Shown piece after piece: positions 11,001 through 22,260 of a DNA stretch of 64,000 nt; position 1 is the stretch's first letter; the number at the start of each line of letters is the position of its first letter. The DNA is from Oculina patagonica (taxonomy: Eukaryota): positions 16,678,001-16,742,000 of the forward strand of contig NC_135770.1 in NCBI RefSeq assembly GCF_052425735.1, in the 5' to 3' direction. The notes beneath the pieces were generated by a model that did no database searches, was not told where the DNA came from, and saw nothing but the letters and a program-made list of their open reading frames with translations. Position numbers and translations under genes: made by a program.

Positions 11001-14000
11001 TAGCGCGAGATCGAATCATAGCACCTTGTGTTATATAATCATACATAGCTTCATATTCTATTTTTTGCTCCTCAAGTTTCGCAAGATTCTCAGCCGTTGG
11101 TAACTCATTACACTTTTCTTCCCATTCTTTCACGCTTTTTTCAAGTTCAGATAACTTATCACGACGGTCTCTAGCTTTACGCTTGCTATAACTAATCGTT
11201 TCCTTTCGTATTCGATATTTGATTATGTCCCATAACAGTCTTTTATCTGTAATATCCCTATACTCATCTAGCCAACTAGGGTACGAATTTTTTAAAAATT
11301 CGGCGTATACAGGGTCGTCCGCCAGACTCGAATTAAACCTCCAGTAGGATGGTCCCCTATCATAATTTGTTATGCTTTTGAAATGAAGAGAAATTGCTGA
11401 ATGATCTGATTTTATTGCGGGTATCACGTCTGTAGCAAGAACTTCTTCTTGGCACGAATCGCTTACAAGCCAGAAATCTAATCTACGTTGAATAAGCGGC
11501 GTTTTTTGTCTCCATGTGAAGCGTTTATCATCTGGATGACGGATTCTCCATATATCTATTAAATCATTTTCTGACATCATATCTTTAATTTCATTAACGC
11601 TCCTATCTTTGATTTTTCGATTGCCACCGAAGCAATCCAAATTCTCATCGAAAAAGATATTGAAGTCACCTCCCATTATAACTTTTCTATTAGGATCGAA
11701 ATCATAGCTTTCAATTTTGCTTCTGATCTTTTTGAAAAACACTTCTTGTTCGTGAACTTTGTTGGGAGCATAAATATTTACAAATAAAAAAAGGTTCCCC
11801 TGCACAACGGCTTCTAGAAATATGAAGCGACCGCTAGGGTCACAAAAAACTGTTTTTTGTTCGAATTCTAAGTTTTGTTTCACTAGAATTATGGTGCCTT
11901 TGCTGTGATTTGAGCCGTGCGAGAACAACATCTTGCCTTTCCATTGTGTTCTCCAAAATTGTTCATCCTCAATTGTGCTATATGTTTCCTGCAGGAAAGC
12001 AACATCAGCTTTTTGTTTTGTTATCCATAAAAGTATCGCTTTTCGCTTATCGGAGGAACGCAAACCCCGAACATTTAAAGAAACCATTTTAAAATTTGTT
12101 GTCATTTTCTATGTTTTCTTTGTCAATAGAACTAGCCTGGCGCCTCGAATACCAACACCCTAATTACCGCATAACACCTTATAAAGAAAAGGTTATGTAA
12201 CATCGCACCATAAAAAAATATAATTAACATAATATGCGCAACATAAGTTAGCCTGAAATAAAGGTAACAAAAACAAAACGTAAACCATATTTTAAAATAA
12301 AATAAACATACACACAAATACGGAATGATTAAACTAATAATCTATTCGTCCATGAAGCTCTTCAGCCCATTCCAATCGCATCACTGAATTCAATATTGGT
12401 GTAACTAAAAGCAGTATTAAACGACAGTTGAATACCTGAAGAGAAGGTCCAAGCTTCATCAAATGTTCTTGTATTTGATTAGAGAGAAAAACCTTAAAGT
12501 ACGGGAGTTACTCAGGAACGAACTTTCCATCGATGTAAAGCATATCCGGTTTACTTTGACTGAAGTAGGCCGATTGTCCCGCCTTCCTTGCTTCTTTCAG
12601 CTTTGACATTTGACGTCGTCTTGCTTCTTGGATTGACTTTGGAAGATCGGGGTAGATATAAATTTCTTTATCACGAAGATATTTCCCCAGGCTCGCAATT
12701 CGTTGCCTGTCGCTATACCGGAGAAATCTGGCAATTATTACTCGCGGTCCTTTCGAGGTTTTCTTTCCAAGGCGGTGGACCCTCTGAAATTCAATCGTGT
12801 CGGGCTTCTCAACATTCAAAACAGTTTCCATGAATGAGCGTAAGACGGCGGCAGTGTCTTCGCGTCCATCTTCATTAGGGGCTTCATGGATTCCCTCGAA
12901 GAGAAGGTTTTCTCTTCTTGAGTAAGCCTCCAAATATGACATTTGTTTGGACAAGCGGGCCAACTCGGCTTTATGTTTCTCGCTATCTTCCTTTTGCCTA
13001 TGTGTAGCATCTTCGCACATCTTCGAGATGAAATCAACACTCGCAGTCAGCTCTTCCACAGATTTATCAGCAACACAGCTCTTAGAGTCCAACGCTTCAA
13101 CTTTGAGCGCCAGTTCATTGACATGGGTTTCCACTGCTGCTACTTTGCTTAATGCCTTGTTCAACATAGTTTCCATACTGTCGAGTTTCTCTAGCTTCTG
13201 AAGAATATGTTTTATGTTCACGCCTATGTCGTCCGACAACGCCATATTGGAGACTCCACGTGTAAACACTTCTTCGCTCTCTGTCTCGAAATTCTCGTCC
13301 TTTTTCTTCTTATCAACCGGGGAAGCTGTTTCACTGTCTCTATCGCTTGAATTACTGCTTTCTCTTTCCCTTTTTGTTCTATCCATACAAAAAAAAAAAT
13401 TGTTTGGGTCTAGCGGAGCTTCGAAGGCACGTCTTCACTCAGACATGGTCGTGCCCAATCCAGAATTTAAACTGATTCGCTTCACCAGTTGCGGTGACCG
13501 CATGTTAAACGGGCTATTAGGATGGGTGATATTCAATTCCATTCTGTACTAGTTTCGACCTTTTGTGTACTGTGGTTTATTGTTACGGTGAAGTTTGTAA
13601 CTTTGTATACAGCACCTTAAATAACTAGTTGCAAGGACTAGCACTTCAATATGTCTTTAAGAAAGGAACAACTCGAGACAGCTTGAAACTTGTCTTAACA
13701 GTTCGGCCAAGTTTTGTCATAAGTTGTTGCGTTCTAGTGCGGAAAGGCTCTTTATTACTTTAACGCCTTACATAATTTTACTGGTAAATAATGGTATGTG
13801 AATTTTCTCCATAGCTTGCTAATATTTTTAATTGAATGTTGAAGTTGTATTACAATTATTTCACGACTACTACAAGAAGCCAAACGTTTTACCGAACTGG
13901 CTGTAATACGGTCATATAGCATTTGTTTGATTGTTTTTACGTCTCGGGAAACTGTTTTGCAGCAAAAAACCTGTTTACTTGAAATTAAATTGTAGATAAA

Positions 14001-16352
14001 GTGCCATATCTTGAGAATTCCGCCGCTAGCGAAAGTATTTAATTGATGAATCAAAACACCGATAAACCACCCAATAAAATGTTTCGTTTCCCATCGCCGG
14101 ACCCATTTTTTTTTTTTCGAAATGTAAAAAAAAAAATCCAGATTCACTAGTCAAAGAGGCAAGTACTTTAATTTGCAGCACGCGATCTTGTTTCATAAAC
14201 AACAATTAGTACGATCAAAGGCTGTTTCGTGCCAAGGGCATTAACGATTGTTCCAACATTCTCAGCGAGATCGACTGAAACAAAATCTTTCGGTTCTGCA
14301 TTTCCTGGCTTCTTTAATAAATGAACCCAGACCCTTAAAGTATTCACCTTTTTTTTTTGCCCGACCGACCGACCTACCATCACAAGAGACGGGACGATGG
14401 GAAACGAAACATTTTATTGGGATGGCCTTAAGCTTCAATAATGCCACCGGAAATTATATTTAGTACATTTATGACTAAGGCATGATATCAGTAATCTTTA
14501 AATTTCTTCATGATTCAAAGATTCAAAGATTAGTCATAAATGTACTAAATCTGATAATTTCCGGTGGCATTATTGAATTCGAAACTTAGTTTCGAAAGTT
14601 GTTTTCGGCAATTTTTAATTATTGTAACATATATTAAAACCCACGTAACTTTGCGATGTTGAGGTGCAATGTTCCAATACTAAATGTCAGCATACATGCT
14701 TTAGCATTATGATAATACTAATCGATTCAAATTCCCGCAAGGTACCAAGTTTGAGTTTTCATAACTTCCGGTTTCGATTTGAAAAGTTTCGGTTTCCATT
14801 TCTTTCCTGTTAAACTGAAAACAAAGAAAGGGGGATGGGGGAGAGAGAGAACAATTGCCCAATGCAAAACGTAATCGATTAACAAATTGCTCAAACAAAT
14901 TTGCAGGGTACTCAAGGAAACCACAACGCAACATTTCAAACTTAATTGAAAATAATTCCAGTTTGACTGCAAAGTCGTACGTATCCAAAAAACGCTAACT
15001 CGCCGGAGCAGTCGATCTTTAGCTTAATCCGTTGAGAATGAAGCCAATCTAGAGCCCAGAGTCCACTGGCTTCTCGGTCAGCGGTAGGATATTGCCATGC
15101 CAGAAATTCTATTTTTTCCGGTTTTATCGTGCAAAGGAAATCGACAAAGGTGAACTTATTTTTAACACACCATTAAAGGAACTGAAATTTAGCAAAGAAG
15201 CAATTGGGTTTTGCTAGAAAGAAAAAGGAAGAGTTAATTTCGAAGTGAGAGTGGATGTTCACTCCTAAAGTTTCTTAAAACAAATGTTTTTCTGTCTAGG
15301 ATAGTCTTGGCAGACTATCCCAGATCGTAGGGGAAGGGGGGGGGGGGGGGGGGCGTAAAGGGCTTAATACAAAAGGGAGTATAAAGAAATCAAAACTGAA
15401 GGAATGTTACCGGGGAGATGGGCTTGATCCACCTAAGGGCATTTAACGAAGAGAAGTGATGATAGTTTTTTTGTCTTATTTTTAGAATGAATGGCAGCAG
15501 TTTGCTTCTCCATATGTTAACATTGAGACTGCCGAAGATAAAGATGGTGTCCAAAGCCGCTACCGTATGGCCATGAAACGTGTTCCGACTTCAAACGCTC
15601 TCAAATTACTAGTTTGTGTCATCTACGTCCTGTTCTTCATCTGGCAAGTGATCGGTTTAATCCTCTACACTATCCGTGCCTTTGAAACCAGCCTCGTTGA
15701 AAAGCGCACTAGCTTCCAGTCGATGCACATTGACACGTTCCATCGCTCTGCACAACTGCAACTGGCCTGGGTGGTGTCTCAGATATTTAACAGCGCCCTG
15801 GTTATCCTGGCTCTGTCATATGTACCTTCCTTTCTGGGTTGGTCCGTCATCTCAAGACTGCTTGTTCGTCTACCAGCATTTTGGAGCCTTCTTTCTTTGT
15901 ATGCTATCACTATTGTAGGTTATGGAATGATTCTTTCACAGCAAAATGGCAAGAAAATGGAAATCGCTTTGATTATGGCTTTTACGATCGACTATGGAAT
16001 TCAAATCGTTTTAATTTGCTTTCTTAACTTCACTCAGATAAACCACTCTCGAAGAAAGTTTCCTTTTAAAGTATTTGTTTTCGTTAAGGTGAACATATTT
16101 CTCTTGCTTCTAACATATTTCTTATCTTTTGTACTTGGTTCATTGCAGTTTGCCCTTCGCGTTTATGGTGTTGAGAAAACTGCCGCAGTTTCTGAAGATT
16201 TTTTCTCCTCAGTTGTTGCATTACGAAGAGTTTCGCAGATTGTATTCTATTACAAAATCTATATTTTTTATTGGGAAAAGTTATTTGTTGATCACAGGAA
16301 TATCCTTTGTCACCACGACCATTTAGATGACTTGGTCAAAGTGGCACAATGA
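7895..16352 (+). CDS. Uncharacterised multi-pass membrane protein, ~290 aa; predicted coding exons 7895-7900 (ME) and 15486-16352
   Basis: ORF 15567-16352 has about six hydrophobic segments. The frame is open upstream to a polypyrimidine/TTTAG acceptor at 15485 (NEWQQFASPYVNIE...). ATGGAG|GTAAGG at 7895-7906 supplies a phase-0 start. The main exon is well supported; the exon-1 link is inferred. Confidence 0.65.
8326..12105 (-). CDS. L1/Tx1 ORF2: APE endonuclease + reverse transcriptase + C-terminal CCHC zinc finger (1259 aa)
   Basis: APE motifs SLNVRGL, FLQET, NIYAPN, GGDFN, RLDFWL, SDH; RT motifs KAPGNDG, WRPISL, DFEKAFD, GVRQGDPLSP, FADD; zinc finger CTFC...EHLFALC. Confidence 0.97.
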   Translation of the reverse strand: MTTNFKMVSLNVRGLRSSDKRKAILLWITKQKADVAFLQETYSTIEDEQFWRTQWKGKMLFSHGSNHSKGTIILVKQNLEFEQKTVFCDPSGRFIFLEAVVQGNLFLFVNIYAPNKVHEQEVFFKKIRSKIESYDFDPNRKVIMGGDFNIFFDENLDCFGGNRKIKDRSVNEIKDMMSENDLIDIWRIRHPDDKRFTWRQKTPLIQRRLDFWLVSDSCQEEVLATDVIPAIKSDHSAISLHFKSITNYDRGPSYWRFNSSLADDPVYAEFLKNSYPSWLDEYRDITDKRLLWDIIKYRIRKETISYSKRKARDRRDKLSELEKSVKEWEEKCNELPTAENLAKLEEQKIEYEAMYDYITQGAMIRSRARWYEKGEKSNSYFLRLENFNHNKSCIRKIKQDDGNVITEPAVILNQLKSFYSTLYQNNGADIDQGCAKIFLGNHDIPKLDKEMQMKCEGKLTFNECYRSLLSFQNGKAPGNDGLTVEFYKAFWPVIGNLVVGCLNAAHEHGELSTSQKMAIIKLIEKKDKDKMYIANWRPISLINVDVKIASKALAKRLECILPFIIHRNQNAYVKGRLISDSTRIIDDIMSYTKVNDLSGLLVAIDFEKAFDSLDWAFLNKALLAFNFGESFIKWVSTFYCNIKSCVTNNGFSSVHFDVKRGVRQGDPLSPYLFIIALEILAINIRSSKNIKGFKLSDNEEIKLTIFADDLTTFLKDKQSFENLLKMLRDFGCCSGLKVNNGKLEALHLGDSSIKLDIGIKNMDKPLKILGIFFSYDKKQAVKLNFDSILDSLKKTLNLWKWRHLTILGRIQIIKSFAIPKFLYRASQLPFPDDVIKRANTIIYEFIWKGKDKVKRRALINNIENGGLRMIHLESLIQAQKISFLKRYSDPEDGAEWKHVLNFFLQPVGGPYLLTCNFDPSSLKIAIPPFYNECLTLWSKLNGSMPETSDEILNEIIWNNKHICINNKSCFISELMDIGINKIGDMIKLDGTCKFLTWNDLHNKGLKMKNFLLWQGLIDAIPVKWKQAIKSMTGPYILNSDSNESTLTINSVPTSKVNSKKLYGSLVSRVCEKPTAQRKFDEMFPDPKRDWSKIYSLPFQVALDAHTREFQYKVVNRILFTNSKLCKFGLVESPLCTFCGEEEETPEHLFALCSYSSAFWNEIFNWLQQCVTGISVDLSEVVNVILGLPDLEEHFMAVNHIVLVAKQTIVLCRKRSTNPSLNVFHALLRKTIKIEEFIAKQKNKLHLHLVKWENFLDKLI
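12508..13386 (-). CDS. L1-type ORF1 (coiled coil + RRM-like + CTD), 292 aa
   Basis: Heptad-rich N-terminal half, LEAYSRRENLLFEGIHE, FQRVHRLG, PRVIIARF; positioned upstream of ORF2. Confidence 0.92.
   Translation of the reverse strand: MDRTKRERESSNSSDRDSETASPVDKKKKDENFETESEEVFTRGVSNMALSDDIGVNIKHILQKLEKLDSMETMLNKALSKVAAVETHVNELALKVEALDSKSCVADKSVEELTASVDFISKMCEDATHRQKEDSEKHKAELARLSKQMSYLEAYSRRENLLFEGIHEAPNEDGREDTAAVLRSFMETVLNVEKPDTIEFQRVHRLGKKTSKGPRVIIARFLRYSDRQRIASLGKYLRDKEIYIYPDLPKSIQEARRRQMSKLKEARKAGQSAYFSQSKPDMLYIDGKFVPE
14063..14430. mobile_element. MITE with ~35-bp TIRs
   Basis: CCCAATAAAATGTTTCGTTTCCCATCG at the left is mirrored by CGATGGGAAACGAAACATTTTATTGGG at the right; TA at both outer ends. 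Confidence 0.75.
14434..14577. repeat. Inverted repeat with ~45-bp arms (hairpin or miniature foldback element)
   Basis: TTCAATAATGCCACCGGAAATTAT-ATTTAGTACATTTATGACTAA versus TTAGTCATAAATGTACTAAAT-ctg-ATAATTTCCGGTGGCATTATTGAA. Confidence 0.85.
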
Positions 16353-17199
16353 AATAATTTCACCCGTTTCAAGGTGTGATCCCGAAATGAAGAGATTTAA
16401 ACCGCACCACTGAAGCCAGTTTATTCATGCATGGTTTATTCTATGAAATACTACTTTTTTCAGTTTAATACGTGGTGGACAGTGACCGTTAAAATGCCAG
16501 CGGCTCTTTTCCTATAAACTTCAAATGTTATTATACTTAAAATGAGTCACCTTTTGAATTTCTATAGAAAAGATTTTTGATAGGAAACATATAATGTCTA
16601 AATATATCTAGAAATACATGTCAGCAGCAGAAAAGAATAACTCCTTCAGTTTCATGTCTTAGCAAAACCCAGTTGTAGTTTTATGGGGTAATTAAAAAAA
16701 TATACAACCCGTTTGGTTGCGCTCGTTTTCCTTCATTAATTAAAATGTTTTTAGTTAACTTCATCAAAGAAAACAAATAGTGCATACATAGTTTGTATCT
16801 GTAAGTAAATATATGATACCCTTTTATCAAATTTATTACGTCTCTCGTGTATAGCTACTATTGGAGTTTTTCAAACTTAAAATATATATTCTTAAAGTTT
16901 GTATTACTGTTGTACGTACATACAAAACAGTCAGTAGTTAATTGCGCGACTGAGCTAAAGTTTCATGTAAACCAGTAAAATTCTGATAGAAAAGGTGTGT
17001 AAATAATGTCATTTATTAAACAAAAGAACTCGAAGTCACACAGAGCTGTGACATTATCGAGAAATTAAATATTTTTCGATAATTAGCATGGCTTCTCTGT
17101 CATCAATGTGTTTAACTTTAAAAAATATACTTTTACAAGGAGAATACATGTACCTATTGAACTCATTACATTTTTTTGTACATATGTCAGGAATTTCAA

Positions 17200-17327
17200 A
17201 ATTTTGAGATTTTAGAATTTTGTGATTTTGTTTTAAGGTCTCCAGTAAGTGCCGATTTGTGTGCTAGAATGTAATCGACACTTGAATAAAGGTTCTTACT
17301 TACTTGCTTGCTTACTTACTTACGTAC
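17200..17327 (+). mobile_element. Probable 3' UTR/tail of an L2-like LINE
   Basis: AATAAAGGTT followed by a (TACT/TGCT)n tail running into the gap. Confidence 0.45.
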
Positions 17328-17469
17328 NNNNNNNNNNNNNNNNNNNNNNNNNNNNNNNNNNNNNNNNNNNNNNNNNNNNNNNNNNNNNNNNNNNNNNNNN
17401 NNNNNNNNNNNNNNNNNNNNNNNNNNNNNNNNNNNNNNNNNNNNNNNNNNNNNNNNNNNNNNNNNNNNN
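17328..17469. other. Assembly gap (142 N)
   Basis: Run of N. Confidence 1.
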
Positions 17470-20400
17470 AGGAGAGGGGGATTCGAGGGGTTCGAACGAA
17501 CCCCCTTTGGAGGTCAATAATCAAAAGTGGAGGACTGAAAACACAAACTGTTGATTTTCAGCTTTTAGCAAATAGTAGGGGAATGGAAAACAAACTTTGA
17601 GTGTTGCAGCTTTTAAATTACCCTGCAAAAAACGCTTTAAGTATCGAAAAGGTATTAAATTGTTAGGAGAATGAGCTCTCCTCACTGGGCTCTCATGCAC
17701 ATCAAGTATAAAATGCCTGTCGATCTGGACGAAATTGTCAATGTATTTCAAGGCCTCCACGCGAGGATGACGCAATTGTCAAGTTTGCTTTAAGAATAGT
17801 CCTGTAGTGAATTAGTAAGTAAGTGGCCTCAATATATGCTAGTGACCTAGTATTATATGTAGTCAAAATAATCCCATCGTTGAAAAATATTTCCTCAACA
17901 GGCGTTCGGGATTTGATAAATGGAGTATCGATAGACGAAAACCGGGAAATACAATTTCGGGGGACCCAGGTGATACGTGTATTTAGTACATATTGACGCT
18001 TTGACGATGCTTTGAGTACATTGACGGTGGAGCCGGCCTTTAAGCCTGAGATGCCTTTGCAGCACACGTCAAGTTTTTGTAAAACGTTTAGTCATGTACT
18101 AAGCCGGTATGTATGAATGTATCAAGTAAACAAAACGCCGGAAATATTGTTGTTATGGCTAAAAATACCTGTTATTTTACAGTCCATCGAGTTTGAAATA
18201 TTGACGTGCACAATGCTGAAAATATCATTTCTGGGCCCCTAGATTTCAAAATATTCTGGGGGACGTGCCCCCAGCCTCTCTAGAGGCTCGCGCCTTCGGC
18301 GCTCGTATTTAATAACCCCCTGAATAAATATTCCTGTCAATACGAACAACCTTCCAAAAACCTCAGCTACGCGCCTGCTATTGCCTTGCAATTTTTTTCT
18401 TCGAATTGATTTCTAAAAGCGCTCCTTTATAGGCCTGGAAGTTATCCTGCGTTTTCGATTTATTCAGGTAAGTCTGCTCCTGCACGAAATATTGTGTGGT
18501 ATCTAGAACAAGTGTGTGAAAAACAAGCGGCGCTAGGCCACAAAAAAGCCTTTGTAGGGAAATAGTAACGTCATTCGAATGACGTAAAAAATAACATTTT
18601 AGAATGGCGATGTAATTTTACAAAGTTCAGGTGCATTTACCTGAAAATTAGCTAAACTGAAGGTGTTATTTTAGCTTAATGCAGATTAAGCAAAAATTGT
18701 AAACAAGAAGACAGGAAGGTTGTTGAATTATTTGCCAATTAAGAGCAGTAAGATAAAGTTCAACTGGGAGGGCTCCATCGCGCCTGCCAATCACCCCAGA
18801 GCGACGAAAACCAAAATAAACAAATTTCACACCAGCTGCCTTTTTCTTTTGGAAATAAATTCTACAACAGCAGCTAAACCATTGTTACTGATGCAAATCA
18901 CTGCTCCAATTTCATTGGCGCTTTTCGAACCTTGCCCAAAAAAGGTACTCAAATAGAGTTGTTTAGAAAAACAGGGAACAGACGGTTTTTCCGAGACAAC
19001 GTCGTTAAATTTGACATAGGATACGGCTTGTAAAATTGATTTTGATTAGAGGGGAAAAAAAGACTACAACGTAAACCAATTGGAACACCAAGGCCATTTC
19101 CATGAAAAAGACGTCCACATGATAACGAGGGGACTTTTACAATATGGACCAATACGACGCTGAATGGAAACAACAATAGTCGCTACGAGGCTCACGGATA
19201 TCAATTTAAATGTCGGTTTTATTCGATTTCCGAAGCCTCGCAATCAAGTAGAACTGTGTTATTTATCAAAATATCCTGGTTGTGTCCTTGACGACTTGTA
19301 AACACTCGCCGATCAAGCTGAAAGCAGTCAGAACTCATCTCGCAGCCGCGATGAAAGGTAGGATTTTTTAGATAACATAAACTTAGGCCACTAATGTTTT
19401 TTAAAAAATGATATGCATATGTAGTTTTTTTGCTTGAATACTCCAAAAACGCCGATGGCACACCGTCGTAGTTTTATGTAAGAAACCATATCAAATTTCA
19501 CAACTTTACCCCACTTTTTTCATTATGTTTAATAGCTTTTGGTCTTTGAGTTTTACGGCACTGCTGGGATAAGTTGTGCTTGGCTAACGCTTAGGCAAAT
19601 ATTGCATTCTACGATTTTGTCTCATTGCGGAAGCAGTTCGATTATTATCCATGCATCTACGAGACAGCTAGCGGATAGAAAAACTGAAGAATAATGGCAA
19701 CTAATATTTTAGAAATTCATGTGTGTTCCCAGAACAGTAAAAATTTAACCGATCGGCTTGCTAACCGATCTGGCTAACTCTAGTGAAAACAAAAAGTCGA
19801 AACGCTAGTCAGAGTTTATTTGATGATTTCGACCGAGTTTGTTCAAATACGATGCACAACCGATGACAACTCGACGCCATCTGCAAGACACAGCATGCGT
19901 TCTGTATTTCCTCTGTTAAACCAAAGGCTATTGACCAAAACATTATCCTTATCAAACTTGTTTTAAGCAATTGCTTTGAGTTTCATATCATATCCTTGCT
20001 TTAAATTTGCGTTGGGTAATAAATACAAGTTTCTGAAACTGTCACAATTAATTTGGTATTACGAAACTAGCCTTCAAACAAAAGACAAATTTTGTAAATT
20101 AATATTACACCCAAAAGCATAAGCAGGCTTAGATCGTGAATTTTAAATTAAAATTGATATAGACAAGTTTTAGACCGTCTTTATGGCATTTTCATAGCTT
20201 ATAACTTCGCTGGTTTTCCGTGCGAGATCTAAGCAGTTTTCATTATATTTGTTTCAAATTTTAAATTTGGGGAAAAACGTTCTGCGCTCGCGATTGTTTT
20301 ATTAAAGCAATATTTATAACCTACCAGTACTTTAGAGAACATAATCCTAGAATGTTATTTGGTTGGCTATTCTTAAACATTTTAAATTTGACAAGGTGTA

Positions 20401-22109
20401 GCGGAAATGAAATGGGTTCGGTCGTCACCAGGTGGTTTTGAGACGAAATTCCCTTATGAGAAAGCATGTGAAACAAAAATATATTCGTTTTTAAAATGTT
20501 TGTACTTTTAAAAAAGTTCAAACATCGCAAGAGCCTGGATCTTTCTTTTAAAACTGAGAATCAAAAACTGAGCAAGTTATTAATTGAGGAAAGAACCTTA
20601 AAATCAATTGTTGTTCAAAAATTGTTTTACCAGAAAGTCCTCGTTTATAAAAAAAAAATTTACCGCTAGGATTAAAATAATCACAATCATTCTCGTCAAA
20701 GGGCTCTTACAAGTCTAGTGGAAGAAATTTAGTATAACAGTAAAAATAAAACGTTTCTTTCGTCTTTTTATGCGTCTCATTGCTACATGTATGTAAATAA
20801 TTTATGTGTGTATGTATGTATGTTTCGCCGAAAGAACCTTGTTACCAAGGTAGCTTACTAGCATGCTATTTTATGGGGCCGGAGAGGCGTATATAATTAT
20901 TATTTATCAGGATAAAGAATTTCTATTTAAAACATGAAATAAGACGGATGAAAAAGGAAACATCAGAATGGTGCTAAGTACAAAAAAAACATCGTTATTA
21001 ACAAAATAATGCGATTTTCCCACATCGTAAACACTTCGCTTTATGAGAATTAATGAGCATATTAAAGCCTAATTGGAATTATTTAACTTTTGTGTCATTT
21101 TATTCGTGTCGGTCGAATTACCGTGCCAGTAGAAAACTTTTTTTTTTATTTTTACAAATATTAATAATGAAATCTTGTTCTAAGGGTTCATTTTCACTGG
21201 GCTTCGGTTTTTTTTTTTTTTGGTTCTTCAACCTGTCTTGAACTCATGGCTCATGACGCTAGCAGTGTTATTGGTTGTCTTGTCGAAACAAGGTCGAACA
21301 AAGAGAAGAAACACTCTTTCGACTAAGAATTTGTTAACACTGAGTGCTACAGCCTTTGCATTTTAGTTTTCGACTGCGTCTGTTGGCAGAGAGAAAACTT
21401 TATAGACTAAACTGTAAAAGCAACTACATGCTTTTCAATAATTAGTAAAGTGTTTCACCATGTATATATTCTACAGACATTAGTTGACTTTGGATTCCCT
21501 TATAAACATTATAGTTTACGCCGCATTTTCGCTACTTTCAAACGCTGGCCGCAACCGTGAAATCTCATGCATATTGCTTTAAATCATAGTTCCCAGACAA
21601 TAAAAACGACTTCATATCACTCAGAGCCAGTTACAGAAAGCATTTGCCAAAATACAATCCAAAATAAGTACGCACAGCTGGGCATTAATCTTGTGCCAGT
21701 GACTTTTTACGTGTTTCTTTTCGTCTTAGTTAAAATTTATTTAACGAATGTAGGCTTTGCGATAAAGGAGGCATAATAGTTATTTCGCTGGACTCTGGTT
21801 TCGAGCGGTTCGGATCCGATGCTAGCCGGAGTCATAACGTTTCAGTGGGCAAGACTCTTTATCTACCACAGTGTCGATCTTTACGCAGGAGATTTTATAA
21901 ATAGGGACCAAAGAATTGGTTGTTATGGCAACCTGACAAAATCCTGGGGGAGGTCATTCATCTGCACTGGACCCATATGGCGCTATTCAGGAGCAGTGGC
22001 ATTTTTTCTTGTTGCTTCATTTTACGAAAAGCTCAAGCAGTGGCTTTAAAAAGATGAACAATCTATTATTTTTACTGGTTGTACTCCCGGTCGAATTGAA
22101 ATTTAAATA

Positions 22110-22260
22110 GTGTTTTTACTGGAGGGAAAAAACCGGAGAACCCGGAGAGAGTCAGCGACAAACTTAACCCACATATGGCATCGGGTCCGGGATTCGAACC
22201 TGGGTCACATTGGTGCACGTGGGAGGCGAGAGCGCTCTCACCACTGTGCCATCCATGCTC
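22110..22260 (-). mobile_element. tRNA-derived SINE fragment
   Basis: Minus strand has an A-box-like TGGCACAGTGG, a B-box GGTTCGAATCC and a V-domain-like CTCCGGGTTCTCCGGTTTTTTCCCTCC. Confidence 0.7.

Larger units (their letters stand above)
7985..13460 (-). mobile_element. Full-length L1/Tx1-clade non-LTR retrotransposon (~5.5 kb)
   Basis: Two open ORFs, poly(A) (T run at 7985-8010) and an exact TSD CAGAATTTAAAC at 7973-7984 and 13461-13472. Confidence 0.95.

Noticed and set aside
7940-13530. Possibility that the L1/Tx1 target site is an snRNA, tRNA or spliced-leader gene
   Set aside because: The rejoined empty site does not resemble any such RNA that I can recognise; target specificity is unsupported from a single copy.
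8565-13552. Many short alternative-frame and antisense ORFs over the retrotransposon
   Set aside because: Shadows of ORF1 and ORF2 with no independent motifs.
16100-16155. Calling the membrane protein a gustatory-receptor-like (7TMIC) protein
   Set aside because: TY-QF spacing is wrong, the motif is not in the last helix and the protein is short; left unassigned.
17249-17600. ORFs containing long X runs
   Set aside because: Artefacts of translating the N gap.
22160-22260. tRNA-like sequence with B-box GGTTCGAATCC
   Set aside because: No complete cloverleaf or acceptor stem, and it continues into a SINE body; treated as a SINE head, as at 34600-34650 and 40650-40720.
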